Below, piece after piece: positions 11,031 through 21,913 of a DNA stretch of 64,000 nt. The DNA is from Tubiluchus corallicola (taxonomy: Eukaryota; Animalia; Priapulida). Where the stretch lies: contig JAQGDQ010000633.1 in the NCBI GenBank assembly GCA_030141605.1, positions 1 to 64,000 of the forward strand. Reading direction: 5' to 3'. The notes under the pieces are model-generated. The model was not told the origin of the DNA, searched no databases, and saw only the letters and a list, made by a program, of their open reading frames with translations. Made by a program: the position numbers and the translations under genes. Position 1 is the stretch's first letter; each line of letters opens with the position of its first letter.

Positions 11031-11967
11031 ACTTAATTATTTAAATTTGTCTTAGTACAATGTAGCACACTTTTACCTGGTGACTTAATTATTTAAATTA
11101 GTCTTAGTACAATGTAGCACACTTTTACCTGGTGACTTAATTATTTAAATTAGTCTTAGTACAATGTAGCACACTTTTACCTGGTGACTTAATTATTTAA
11201 ATTAGTCTTAGTACAATGTAGCACACTTTTACCTGGTGACTTAATTATTTAAATTAGTCTTGGTACAATGTAGCACACTTTTACCTGGTGACTTAATTAT
11301 TTAAATTAGTCTTAGTACAATGTAGCACACTTTTACCTGGTGACTTAATTATTTAAATTAGTCTTGGTACAATGTAGCACACATTTACCTGGTGACTTAA
11401 TTATTTAAATTAGTCTTAGTACAATGTAGCGCACTTTTACCTGGTGACTTAATTATTTAAATTAGTCTTGGTACAATGTAGCACACATTTACCTGGTGAC
11501 TTAATTATTTAAATTAGTCTTAGTACAATGTAGCACACTTTTACCTGGTGACTTAATTATTTAAATTAGTCTTAGTACAATGTAGCACACTTTTACCTGG
11601 TGACTTAATTATTTAAATTAGTCTTAGTACAATGTAGCACACTTTTACCTGGTGACTTAATTATTTAAATTAGTCTTGGTACAATGTAGCACACATTTAC
11701 CTGGTGACTTAATTATTTAAATTAGTCTTGGTACAATGTAGCACACATTTACCTGGTGACTTAATTATTTAAATTAGTCTTAGTACAATGTAGCGCACTT
11801 TTACCTGGTGACTTAATTATTTAAATTAGTCTTGGTACAATGTAGCACACATTTACCTGGTGACTTAATTATTTAAATTAGTCTTGGTACAATGTAGCAC
11901 ACATTTACCTGGTGACTTAATTATTTAAATTAGTCTTAGTACAATGTAGCACACTTACCTGGTGACT
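11031..11967 (-). repeat. 52-bp minisatellite (~18 copies) beginning within the last 9 nt of ATP6V1H exon 3
   Basis: Minus-strand unit AGTCACCAG|gtaa(a/t)... The first copy carries the native donor gtaagt. Confidence 0.95.
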
Positions 11968-12058
11968 GTGTGTTTTCAAAATGTCTGCTCGCTTCTCCGG
12001 TGAAGTGTTATCAAACATGGAAATAAAGTTGTAGTCATCATTAGTTATCATTTGACTC
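11959..12058 (-). CDS. ATP6V1H: V-ATPase subunit H, exon 3
   Basis: Phase-2 join CA|G, then SQMITNDDYNFISMFDNTSPEKRADILKTHSHQ|gtaagt (cf. QGQMISAEDCEFI). Confidence 0.92.
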
Positions 12059-12150
12059 CTATAAAGAAATAAATAGAAAAAGAATAAACAACAAGTATCA
12101 TGTATAAAATCTTCAGCAGTGGAACACAATAAGTAGTGTTACGACACTAA

Positions 12151-12863
12151 GGCCCATTTCACACCGAGGACTCAAGGAAAAATGACGCTATCAGAAAATT
12201 TTCTGAAAATTCCCGTTTTCTCCGGAAATCCCGCACTGCAAGAAAGTTCATTTCACAATAAAACCACAAGGTTTTTTCCATGTGCCCAGTTAGAGGGAGC
12301 TACTTTGCGAGTTTTGTACTGTATAACCTGGTCTAAATTAAGTTATACTTGCTGTATTTCTCATATACAAAGTACAGTTATTAATATTAGTAAATGTAAT
12401 GTCAGAACTGATTGTTTTTTTAGTAAAGTTCTACTAACTACTTCAAAATCTAAATCATACATGTATAAAAAAATATATGCATACGTTATTTTTTTTTCAT
12501 GAACATAGCAATCGATGTTGCATTAATAAAACATAAAGTTTGTTAAAAGAGATATTAAATATGCTGAAATGTGTTAATTGTTGTTAAATAAGAAAGAAGT
12601 AATTGACTAGTTAAATTTAAGACCGAATTCTGCAAGGATTCCTCATAAAAGTGGAACATGCAGTATTTCTACAATGCGGCAAAATTGCTCATGAGGAGGA
12701 TGCATAGCTTTTAGCTGGCGACGGAATTCCTAATGAGGAATTATGCCGTGTATCCTCTCTGTGAAATGTGCCCAAGAAAAAAATGTGTTCCATTATCGTG
12801 AATACTGCTGTAAGGAAATACTCCTCGAGGAATTTTGCCGTGAGTCTTCAGTGTGAAATAAAC
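12151..12863. mobile_element. PIF/Harbinger-like MITE
   Basis: taa|ggcccatttcacaccgaggactc ... gagtcttcagtgtgaaataaacc imperfect TIRs. Confidence 0.6.
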
Positions 12864-13492
12864 CGTAGAAAACGATGTGTCCCATTCCGGAGAGAAGTTC
12901 TGAGGTTCTCTGTCAATTTTATCTCTCTGCAAACCTCTATGGTTCAAACAAAGAAAGACAAATGAATCAGTGACGAACTACAGCTGAACTTTATGTTAAG
13001 GTAAAACTATTTAGATTTCTAATGTTGTCTGGCACTGTAGCTAACAATATCTTCATTAAAAATCCAGACTTCGGTCAGCCGCTCACCATTGTTAATGGTA
13101 CATCATTCTGTAAATGTGAGATTATTTTGCAAAATTAAAAATAATTTTACAGATGTTGCAAGAAAAGTAAAACAACAGATTAAAAACTGCAAAAAGCAAC
13201 AGTTCTTGTAGCAAACTTGCGGCAAGTCTGTGATGCTTACACTTTTCACAAACAAAATCAATTGAAATCTTCTTTGAAGGAAAACCGGACGATTGATTAG
13301 ACTCAATCTCATCTTAATTTACTGTCCAAAGTATTCATTTTCTTGCCTATAAAAGTTAGCAATTGTTTCTAATTTTGAATAATCACATTGGAAAGTTATT
13401 AACGGTAACTAAACACAGCTAATGCTTATATCACAAATCTAAATAAAGTTTGTGTAATGGTAGGCATCTTCCCTGCAGATCAAGCATGTTTA

Positions 13493-14463
13493 CCCGTATA
13501 GCAGTGGTTCCCAAACTTTCTCGGACCGTTACCCAAATCGGGAAACCCGGTCGTGTCCATTACCCCCCACCTAGTACTTCTTCTCCAACTCAAAAAGTAA
13601 ACACACGTATATGCCACAAGCAAGCAAAATTATTTATGTTTGCTCGTGACATAAATAAATTTCCAGGTGTCGTTGTTATGTAAATATGAGCTTCATATTT
13701 AGTTATATTCAAGATATGTCTTCAAGAAGAAAACTACGTAAAATGCATTCAGAGCAAAGTTTTAAACATTTTCAGAGGGTGCCCGTTACCCCCCCCCCCC
13801 CAAAAAAAAACCATATTACCCGGGGGGGGGGGGTAATTTACCCCTACTTTGGGAACCACTGCCGTATAGGGTCACCGGGGGGTAAAAAATTACCTCCAGA
13901 CCGGTTTTTTGCATTTTACCCTTTTACCATACGCATCCCAGTAAACCTTTTCTATGACTTTTTCTAAATGTTTTGAGCACAAAATACGTTCAGTTATTTA
14001 TTTTAGGCGCATTGTCTCACCACGAAATAAAAGTGAAAATGCAATATGTCGATTTTTTAAAATTGTCGAAACTTTACTTCGCTTGTCTATACATTATACG
14101 GGCAATGTATCTGATAAAACAAAATGTCAGTTACTCAAATTACTCCACCTAAAAGAAGAAAGTAGTAGACAATAAATTCAAAATGACAATGATTTTTGCA
14201 CACGTGCTAGCAATGTTGGTTGTCTACAGCATCGATAAGGGTATGCAACTAAGTGAATTTAAATGTCTCATTACTAGTCACATGTGTTTAAGCAGAAGTA
14301 CAATGTATCCTATGGTGGTCAACATAACCACAAATTATGCTGTTGCTGTTTACTAATGAAACACGGCGGTTTATCAAAAGTAATTTACGAATTATGGTGG
14401 GCGTAGTTTTTTATCCCCCCCCGTTAACAAAATCGGTTGTAAAAAATCGTGACCCTATAAGGG
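13493..14463. mobile_element. piggyBac-like MITE
   Basis: TIR ccc(g)tatagggtcac ... gtgaccctataaggg, flanked by degenerate TTAA (ttta/ttat). Confidence 0.6.
13502..13861. mobile_element. hAT MITE with perfect 8-bp TSD
   Basis: TIR cagtggttcccaaa / tttgggaaccactg; TSD ccgtatag at 13494-13501 and 13862-13869. Confidence 0.92.
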
Positions 14464-14886
14464 TTATGTAAGTGAAGATTGCTATAAGGCATTGACATGA
14501 TGTCAGGAACATGAGTTCTATGTCACAGACGTACACTGCAATTTATAATCATGCTTATCACGGTACCACGCCTATTTGTCAGTCACGCAAATGTGATAAA
14601 AAGTAAGACTGGCAATGGTGCCTTTTCGTCACATTCGTGTGGCTGACAAATATGCCAGTCTAAATGGATTCGCCGAGCCACGCATAACTTTGAAGGTTTA
14701 ACAAAATTTAACTATCAGAGATAATTATTATTTAATCTAAGTTTTGATTTTAAAAAAGCTATTGTAGCTTTCAATATTTTAGAGCATACTTTATTTTGAA
14801 CTAATGTCCATGCAATCGTCTAGTTCATTAATATGTTTTTGCAAATTTAAGTTCTTGCACATAAAAGATAATTATAGTAATCTTAC

Positions 14887-14965
14887 TGTTTGTACGACTG
14901 CCAGTTGACTCTGTTGTTACGTACATCGATGGCTTTTTGTTGCAAACGGCTGGTAGCAGCTACAC
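14887..14965 (-). CDS. ATP6V1H: V-ATPase subunit H, exon 2
   Basis: tctctttcag|GT GTA GCT GCT ACC...TAC AAA CA|gtaaga encodes VAATSRLQQKAIDVRNNRVNWQSYKQ (cf. AATSVLQQQAADIR..INWASYMQ / KVNWQSYLQ). Confidence 0.92.
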
Positions 14966-15128
14966 CTGAAAGAGAATTGAGCAAGATTACAACAGTATGA
15001 ACAAAAGAAGCCACCTCTACCGGACATACATCGATGGCTTTTTGTTGCAAACGGCTGTTAGCGGCTACACCTGAAAGAGAATTGAGTAAGATTACAACAG
15101 TATGAACAAAATAAGCCGCCTCCACCGG
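14921..15128 (-). repeat. 105-bp tandem duplication spanning the exon-2 acceptor
   Basis: ORF 14883..15143 shows PVE.A.FVHTVVILLNSLSGVAA.SRLQQKAIDV twice; second acceptor tctctttcag at 15071-15080. Confidence 0.9.
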
Positions 15129-15414
15129 CTCCAGCACTTTCACTGTACATTAATTTCATTTTTACAAAGTGCAAATAAAATAAACTAGTACTAGTAATTA
15201 GTATTATAGTAATAAATTATCATGTACAATATTACTAATGCGCGGCGCTAATTAATTATTGTTATTACTACCAATTTGATCAAATCGGAACAACTTGAAC
15301 ATTTTCAGCACGCTGCATTATTCCAAAAAAATTCGTTACTATAACTTCGTATAGGCGTGCTACTACAAATAGTACTAGTAGTAGTACTAGTTATTATTAC
15401 ACATTAATACTCAC

Positions 15415-15478
15415 CTGATTCTTCAATATCATTTGGCAAACTTGATAATACAGCGTCGAGTTTTGACAAATCAGACAT
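15415..15478 (-). CDS. ATP6V1H: V-ATPase subunit H, exon 1 (start codon)
   Basis: ATG TCT GAT...GAA TCA G|gtgagt encodes MSDLSKLDAVLSSLPNDIEES; phase 1 fits exon 2. Confidence 0.8.
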
Positions 15479-16066
15479 TTTTAATTATATTTATATTATT
15501 TCACTGAATACTGTGTATACTTCAAGGAAAAAGACTAATAAGTGAGCCAAAACTAATTTTCACTTTTCCACAAGACACAAGCAGCAATAACAAGTGTACT
15601 GTACTGTACCAAAAATATCAGCGCCACCTGTTAGTTGAAAAACCAATTAAATTATTATATAACCAATGACCAGTATGTTTTTCTATTTTACTGTCTTGAT
15701 CGGTGCAGTTATCGTATTATTGAAATACATGCTATTTCGCATTGTTCTTCTAGCTGTTATGGACACGAGATTTGCGAAGAAATAATTATTTTGATTGTTT
15801 TTTCGCGCTACCCCTCCGAATATCGTCATTAGTTAGACAGAGTAAATCTTTTGGTTTGCTCATTTCAAAGATTGCCTGTACAGTTTTCGCGCTAAATTCG
15901 GTTCGATTGTTTCAGGACGTGTTTCAGCTGTTTTTATTTGCATGAATAGCTAGCTTTATTACTAATTGATCGTATGCCTAACTGTACGGGTAGTGGACCT
16001 TACCTGCCAAATTGCTCCACTGAATGCTGTAACGAGCTTCCCTAACTGTCATGACATAAGTTAACT
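15479..16066. promoter_or_regulatory. Compact bidirectional promoter/5'UTR region between ATP6V1H and CHTF8
   Basis: Divergent ATGs 589 bp apart; CTCF-like cagcgccacctgttag at 15619-15634; CCAAT at ~15643 and ~15663; E2F-like TTTCGCGC at 15801 and 15885. Confidence 0.6.
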
Positions 16067-16089
16067 ATGGTGCAACGTCTTATACAAAT
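16067..16089 (+). CDS. CHTF8: Chromosome transmission fidelity factor 8, coding exon 1
   Basis: ATG GTG CAA CGT CTT ATA CAA AT|gtaaga encodes MVQRLIQ(M), cf. human MVQIVIS; phase 2 fits the next exon. Confidence 0.8.
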
Positions 16090-16806
16090 GTAAGAATGAT
16101 TTATCAAGCACTTGTTTTAGCTAGATTTTATTATATATAGTGAATCTGCTAATATTGTAATGCAGACTACTGTAACTTAGAAACAGTAACTATAGTTTCA
16201 TGCATAAATATTATTGCTGTTTGCAGTATTCGTGTTGTCAAGATTCACGAAATTGAATGCTCCTACGCTAATCCTAAATTGGTGATTGCTGACTGATTCC
16301 CATATTAACTTTGGTGTGATAAATACTATGTTATAGATATGGGCGTTTGGGTATATTAAATTGTATTTCACAAGTAAAATTTGAACTTACTGTATTTTAT
16401 CAATAAGATTAAAAATGCATTTTTGGTTAATGAGTTACACACCCTGGAGGTGAGTTAACGACATTTTACCATTTGGTGAAGACATTTAAATAATTAATAA
16501 TTTTCTTTTCTAGTTACATAAGTCTTTCAAGCATGTAACCGAAATACTAAGTAATGTAACTTTGCATGAAAAGTTTTTGGGACATAATTTAACATTTCCT
16601 TTTCTATACCTGATTTACATTGTGCATAAGTGATGTCATGTAATGGCGCGGTCAGAACAGTGTTGCGGGAAATTTAAAATGAAAACAAACAAAAACTGAA
16701 CACAAGTAGAATATATGCCAAAAATAGTATAGAACTTGTTTTTTAAGGAGATTTTTCTGAAATCTGCTTCAGGTACCCTTTTAAGCTTCAAAATTTCTAG
16801 TATAGT

Positions 16807-17171
16807 TGTGGAGATCGCTGGCATCCATTAGAATTAAATAGAACATTGTAGAATGTTCCATTAGAATAATCGTCTTACTTTGTAGAATGTTCTAGAAAGA
16901 AACGTCTAGAATGTTCCATGGCACCCTATATAAGGCGAAGCAGGCCGCTGAGACACACACAGATTCACACGAACGCACACTTACACATTCTCTTGTATAC
17001 TTGCATTTTCAGATATACTTAAACGGTTTCCAGATTTTCACGTTTAGTGTAAATATTTCGCGTTCCTTCATACTTCTTTGTTGTAGAATTCTCGCTTAAT
17101 AAACTAGTTTAATTTGACGACGTGTTTTCTGGTTTTCTCTACAAGCCTTTCGAGAGAAACAAAACACAACA
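16807..17171 (+). mobile_element. Probable solo LTR in CHTF8 intron 1
   Basis: TGT...ACA termini, TATA box (tatataa ~16927), AATAAA at 17098, near-match 4-bp TSD tagt/tatt. Confidence 0.65.
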
Positions 17172-17245
17172 TATTGGAAAGCTGTGCACCGGCTACACTT
17201 TATCTGCATGCAAACTTCTGATCGATATGCATGTTTTCCTTTCAG

Positions 17246-17363
17246 GAAAAAGGATGGTAATCGGGAGTGGGTGATCATTGAACTACAGGGAGATATAGAA
17301 TCACGTGCTGAAAATTTCAACTTTTTTGGAAACTTTATAGGCGATCTTCACTATAATGACAAG
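17246..17363 (+). CDS. CHTF8: CHTF8 coding exon 2
   Basis: ttcag|G AAA...GAC AAG|gttagt encodes KKDGNREWVIIELQGDIESRAENFNFFGNFIGDLHYNDK (Ctf8 motifs EWxxxELQG and GDLHY). Confidence 0.93.
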
Positions 17364-17440
17364 GTTAGTGCGTTAGTTTAATTTAACCATATCCTGGTAA
17401 GGCAAGGAAAATATCCGAGCTCTGTCAGCACGTCAACAAT

Positions 17441-18180
17441 AAGCCTTTCACATTTCCAGCGATTGATGGTGATCGTGGAAAGGTCAAAGATTAAGTGTAC
17501 CAGACAATGCATTTGTGTACACTTGACAATGCCTCGCAGCCCATGCTGTTGTAATAGCACCAGTTTTAACAGCTAGAACATTACCTAGTTCATTTTTTCT
17601 TGTTCTCAAGCAAGATCCTGCTAGTAAATCACTCTACGCACAGATTAATGTATAATTAAGTAAAATCCACGTAAACAACTGGAGTTACTGAACTGATGCT
17701 GCAGACGGCTGTGCTTTACTCACATGTCACAATTGTTGTTAAGATGCATTACTGTGGCACACTTAACCTTTGACCAACAGCAAGTTTTGCTCTCTGCTCT
17801 ACACATGCTTAACCGATGCTGCAGACGGCTGTGCTTTACTCACATGTCACGCTTCTCGTTAAGATGCATTACTGTGGCACACTTAACCTGTCACCAACAG
17901 CAAGTTTTTCTCTCTGTTCTACACATGCTTAACCGATGCTGCAGACGGCTGTGCTTTACTCACATGTCACGCTTCTCGTTAAGATGCATTACTGTGGCAC
18001 ACTTAAACTTCGACCAACAGCAAGTTTTGCCCTCTGCTCTACACATGCTTAACTGATGCTGCAGACGGCTGTGCTTTACTCACACGTCACGTGACCCAAT
18101 TGTTGTTAAGATGCATTACTGTGGCACACTTAACCTTTGACCAACAGCAAGTTTTGCTCTCTGCTCCACACATGCTTGCG
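17441..18180 (+). mobile_element. Harbinger-like MITE with an internal ~120-bp unit amplified 4x, filling CHTF8 intron 2
   Basis: Same body as 3513 and 31415; unit gatgctgcagacggctgtgctttactcac...ctacacatgctt repeats over 17690-18178. Confidence 0.75.
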
Positions 18181-18249
18181 AGTTACTTGAAGAATTTGCT
18201 TGTCGAGAAAGTAACTCACTGTTACTCATTACTGATGTTTTACTTTCAG

Positions 18250-18483
18250 GGAGTGCCGGTTTTGATCATTGGACATCATATTTTATTTGGAAAAATTGTA
18301 AACATCGAGAAGCCGTTTGCCGTATTACAAAAGAGGCCGCACAGCGCAGGTGCCGCACACTGTGCGGATGATCACTCGTCCAGTGATGCACCACTCTACA
18401 TGATCAAATCTATTATCAGAACAAAATTGCAATTTAAATCCAGACCAAAACCGATAATCACCAATGTGCCTAAAAAGACCTAG
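18250..18483 (+). CDS. CHTF8: CHTF8 coding exon 3 (stop); protein 124 aa
   Basis: ttcag|GVPVLIIGHHILFGKIVNIEKPFAVL...FKSRPKPIITNVPKKT*, matching the Ctf8 C-terminus. Confidence 0.95.
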   Translation, partial: GVPVLIIGHHILFGKIVNIEKPFAVLQKRPHSAGAAHCADDHSSSDAPLYMIKSIIRTKLQFKSRPKPIITNVPKKT

Positions 18484-18598
18484 CGCTTCATTTAAACTAT
18501 TGAAACTAGACAAATGCAGCTAGAAAATTAAGTGAAAGTTCCAGTCTCCTGCTCACTTGCTTTCGTAAAACATTGTATTTTGGGCACTGATATACATA

Positions 18599-18742
18599 CA
18601 GTCAACGTCGGATATAAGGGGCACCTCCGGACCGGAAAAAATCATTCCTTATAACCGTTTTTATAAGGAAAAACGTTACGAAAAATCGGGACCGGTGTTG
18701 GTAGTCCCTGATAAGCGAGTAGCTTACACCCGAGGTTGACTG
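18599..18742. mobile_element. Short Tc1/mariner-type MITE downstream of the CHTF8 stop
   Basis: ta|cagtcaacgtcgg ... ccgaggttgactg|ta. Confidence 0.8.
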
Positions 18743-18889
18743 TAAAGAGTCTATCATTATTGCAAGCCTGCTATGGACACAGAAAAAAGTTCTGTGTGAC
18801 CGAGGTATTCTATAAACATATGTAGGTAATCATATTTATATTATTACTAGATAGATGGAGAAGAACGTATTAAGAAAAAACTGTATAAG

Positions 18890-19283
18890 AATGTACAATG
18901 TGTGGCTTCATAGAGGTTGTAAAGTGTTTTTAGAAGATGCTGTCGAGTGTCTAAAGAATGTACAGTGTGTGGCTTCATAGAGGATGTAAAGTACTTTTGA
19001 AAGATGCTGTCAAGTGTATAAACAATGTACAATGTGTGGCTTCATAGAAGATGTAAAGTACTTTTGGAAGATGCTGTCAAGTGTATAAACAATGTACAAT
19101 GTGTGGGTTCATAGAGGATGTAAAGTACTTTCGGAAGATGCTGTCAAGTGTATAAACAATGTACAATGTGTGGCTTCATAGAGGATGTAAAGTACTTTTG
19201 GAAGATGCTGTCAAGTGTATAAACAATGTACAATGTGTGGCTTCATAGAGGACGTAAAGTACTTTCGGAAGATGCTGTCAAGT
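18890..19283. repeat. 67-bp minisatellite, ~6 copies
   Basis: aatgtacaatgtgtggcttcatagaggatgtaaagtacttttggaagatgctgtcaagtgtataaac. Confidence 0.9.
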
Positions 19284-20210
19284 ATTGATCAGCTACTTTG
19301 CAGTATATTCACATTCAATCACGTGTCTTCAATAAACTAAAAATTATCGAATGTTTCATTTTAAATTTCGAGTACACATAGAGTTGTAAATTTGTGAGAT
19401 GTTGAGTACAGTCAACGAGATTGAAAAAAGTCTGTCAATTTTGTTTGCACAGAAAATTTCTGCAAAGGAGCATAAAAAGTTTCCGCAGTGGCGCAATGAA
19501 ACATCTCAGCAGTCCGCTGCCAGTGTTCGTACGTAAAACAAGTCGGTGATTCATTGTTATTGTACAGCTAGTAGACAAGATGATTTTTCGACATGTTAAC
19601 AATTACGCGTGCTGCTTGTTCAACAATTAATTTGCAATGCCAAGAATGATGGATTAAATTTAACACTAAATTAATTTGCAAACGGCTGGCAAAGGTAAAG
19701 TCTGTAATAAAGCAATAAACCATGTTCACTATACTGCTGTTATATTGTAAGTGGTCCTGACACTGACTAGCTAGAATGTTGATTTTTTAATTGGTGAACA
19801 CGAGATTGTAGCAACGAAGCGGCTACTGCAACAGTGAACCAACATCTGATAGAGTGAGAGATGCATTCATGTCTGTGATGAGAAATTAAAAATTGATGCT
19901 GGATGGATGCAGGGTTTAATAACCAAAATTTGTGTTGAATGTACATGATGAGAAGTACTGAAAACTGACTCTGGATGGATGTAGCGTTTAATAACCAAAA
20001 TTTGTGTTGACACTCACAGACATGTCGTCGCAGAGAAACATTTATATAATAAAATGCAACAACTAAGAAAAACTTTTCTATCTGAGATAATCACATATGT
20101 AAACAATTTATTATACATTCATTATTTACAAGCTAATAACAACATTTCCGCAAAGAAATCTCATTGACACGGTGAATTTGACGACTAGGATGATTCCCAC
20201 TCAATGATGA

Positions 20211-20233
20211 TCAATTCAGCAGCAGTTGATCAA
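20211..20233 (-). CDS. NFAT5: NFAT5 probable last coding exon
   Basis: tttatttcag|TT GAT CAA CTG CTG CTG AAT TGA encodes (V)DQLLLN*; phase 1 fits the previous exon. Confidence 0.6.
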
Positions 20234-20541
20234 CTGAAATAAACAAAAACAATAAACAAACAATGTATGTAACAATAAACAAACAATGTATGTAGTGAAT
20301 AAAAGAACTTGAATGTTCAATTATAGGGAAAAACAAATTAGAAATGAGATACATTATAGACAAATCTTGACTTTTGATTTTAAAATGTTTTTAAATATTG
20401 AAACAGCAACCAAAGTAACAAAGACGATTCTTGCTTACGAGCATCGGAAACAATTTACAAACATGAATTGTTGGTGTTCACAAAAGGAAGGTTATTTAAT
20501 AGGGTGTTTTGTGACAGACTAGTACTGGGGCTTGTGTAAGA

Positions 20542-21178
20542 TTAACTCCTTCAAGACCATAAGTGTTTGTTGCATTTTGCACGGGTTAATCAAAAACTGC
20601 TCTCATTAAGCAGCGATTACATTATATTTGATAATTTTTGTATGTTTCTACTCCTCACATAATGGATTTTCATGCAAAATTGGATCTGAAATGCATATGC
20701 TTACTGCAGACAAATTAAAAATCAATTTCTGACGAATAAATTGGAAAAAGGTTTTAGTATCTACAGTGTTCGTACTGTAACCGTGTCACATCAGTGTCTT
20801 GTAGCAATCTTCACTTACGCAACTGTGCTTGGCGCGCAGGGAAGATGCCCGCCATTGCACAAACTGTGGTTAGTTTGAGATGTAAGCAATAGCTGTGTTT
20901 GGTTGTTTCAAGGTAATTATTCAAATATTAGAGACAAATGCTAACTTTTATATCATTATTATTATTATAAATCTTTATTTAAAATTTAGAATTATACCCA
21001 TGAAATATTTACATAATATACATACAGTGACCCTCTATTTGCTGGGTATGGTTAAAAAAACTTTTGTAAATAAAAATAGCTGTTACATTTATAAGACTTT
21101 TATAGGCAAGAAAATGTATATTTTGGACAGTAAATTAAAATGAGATTGAGTCTAAACAATCGTACGGTTTTCCTTTAA
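20542..21178. mobile_element. Juxtaposed fragments of the piggyBac-like (44807-type) and Kolobok-like (13278/43330-type) MITEs
   Basis: ttaactccttcaagaccataagtgtttg start; end ...tgagattgagtctaaacaatcgtacggttttcctttaa. Confidence 0.6.
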
Positions 21179-21218
21179 GTGCCAGACGAGTATTTTTACA
21201 GTAATGTACGGTACTAAC

Positions 21219-21890
21219 CTGTTGAGGGATTTAGAACTGGTAGCTGCTCGTCTTCATTTGGTACAGCGTTCTGGCCAGGTTGTTCTGCTACACCAGGCTG
21301 CATGGTTATCTGCTGCTGAGAATACGGCTGTTCAGTACGTGTTTGTTCTGTCACCACGGCGACGCCGAGATCGTGAAACTGCTGATCGTCGTCCGGCAGC
21401 GGCACGGCCTGCGGTGACGCAAACGTACTTTGTGCATTTGTTGTCTGTAAAATGACTTGTCCGTCTGATAATACGTTATTCACCGGGGACGTCACTTGTG
21501 TCGTACAGGCCACGTCGGCGGTCATTTCTTGTTTATCGACACACACGTTTGATTGGTTCACCTGCTCACAAACTACCTGGTCCACGGGTACCATTGAGCT
21601 TTTACCTGGCGTATGAAAGCTGTTGACAGGTGCTGCTACGGGTGACTGTGCGGTCGTGTCCGGCGGAAGAGCAACCGCCGACCAAACCTGCGTGGGTGCC
21701 GACCAATCGGCCGGAGATTTCTGTTGAGTTGTGGTCCACTGATTATTTAATGTTGAGTTGTTAAAACATTGATTAACACTCGTCGCGTTCGGTACGGCAG
21801 AGCATTCTTGCGTTTCCATGACAACCTGCAAGGCGTTTGCCCAATCCTTGGAGAAACTAGTGTTCTCCTGTTGAGGCAGTCCAACTTTAT
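21219..21890 (-). CDS. NFAT5: NFAT5 C-terminal Q/T/P-rich exon
   Basis: ttcttgtag|AT AAA GTT... open to CCC TCA ACA G|gttagt; 672 nt, phase 1-1; includes ORF 21214..21831. Confidence 0.8.
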
Positions 21891-21913
21891 CTACAAGAAA
21901 GTAATTCGCTTAA

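Larger units (their letters stand above)
10487..12371 (-). repeat. Right arm of the large inverted duplication
   Basis: Mirror of 1-3370. Confidence 0.95.
13278..14830. mobile_element. Kolobok-like MITE hosting two nested insertions; uninterrupted relative at ~43330-43894
   Basis: Flanks 13278-13490 and 14464-14830 align colinearly with 43340-43870; family termini ttaa|agg ... cct|ttaa seen at ~21175 and ~43890. Confidence 0.6.

Noticed and set aside
13087-13107. 21-nt candidate exon (ag|NDVPLTM|gtgagc) in ATP6V1H intron 2
   Set aside because: Exons 2 and 3 already join to give the conserved WQSYKQSQMI; in the required phase the insert reads AA TGA (stop), and there is no homology support.
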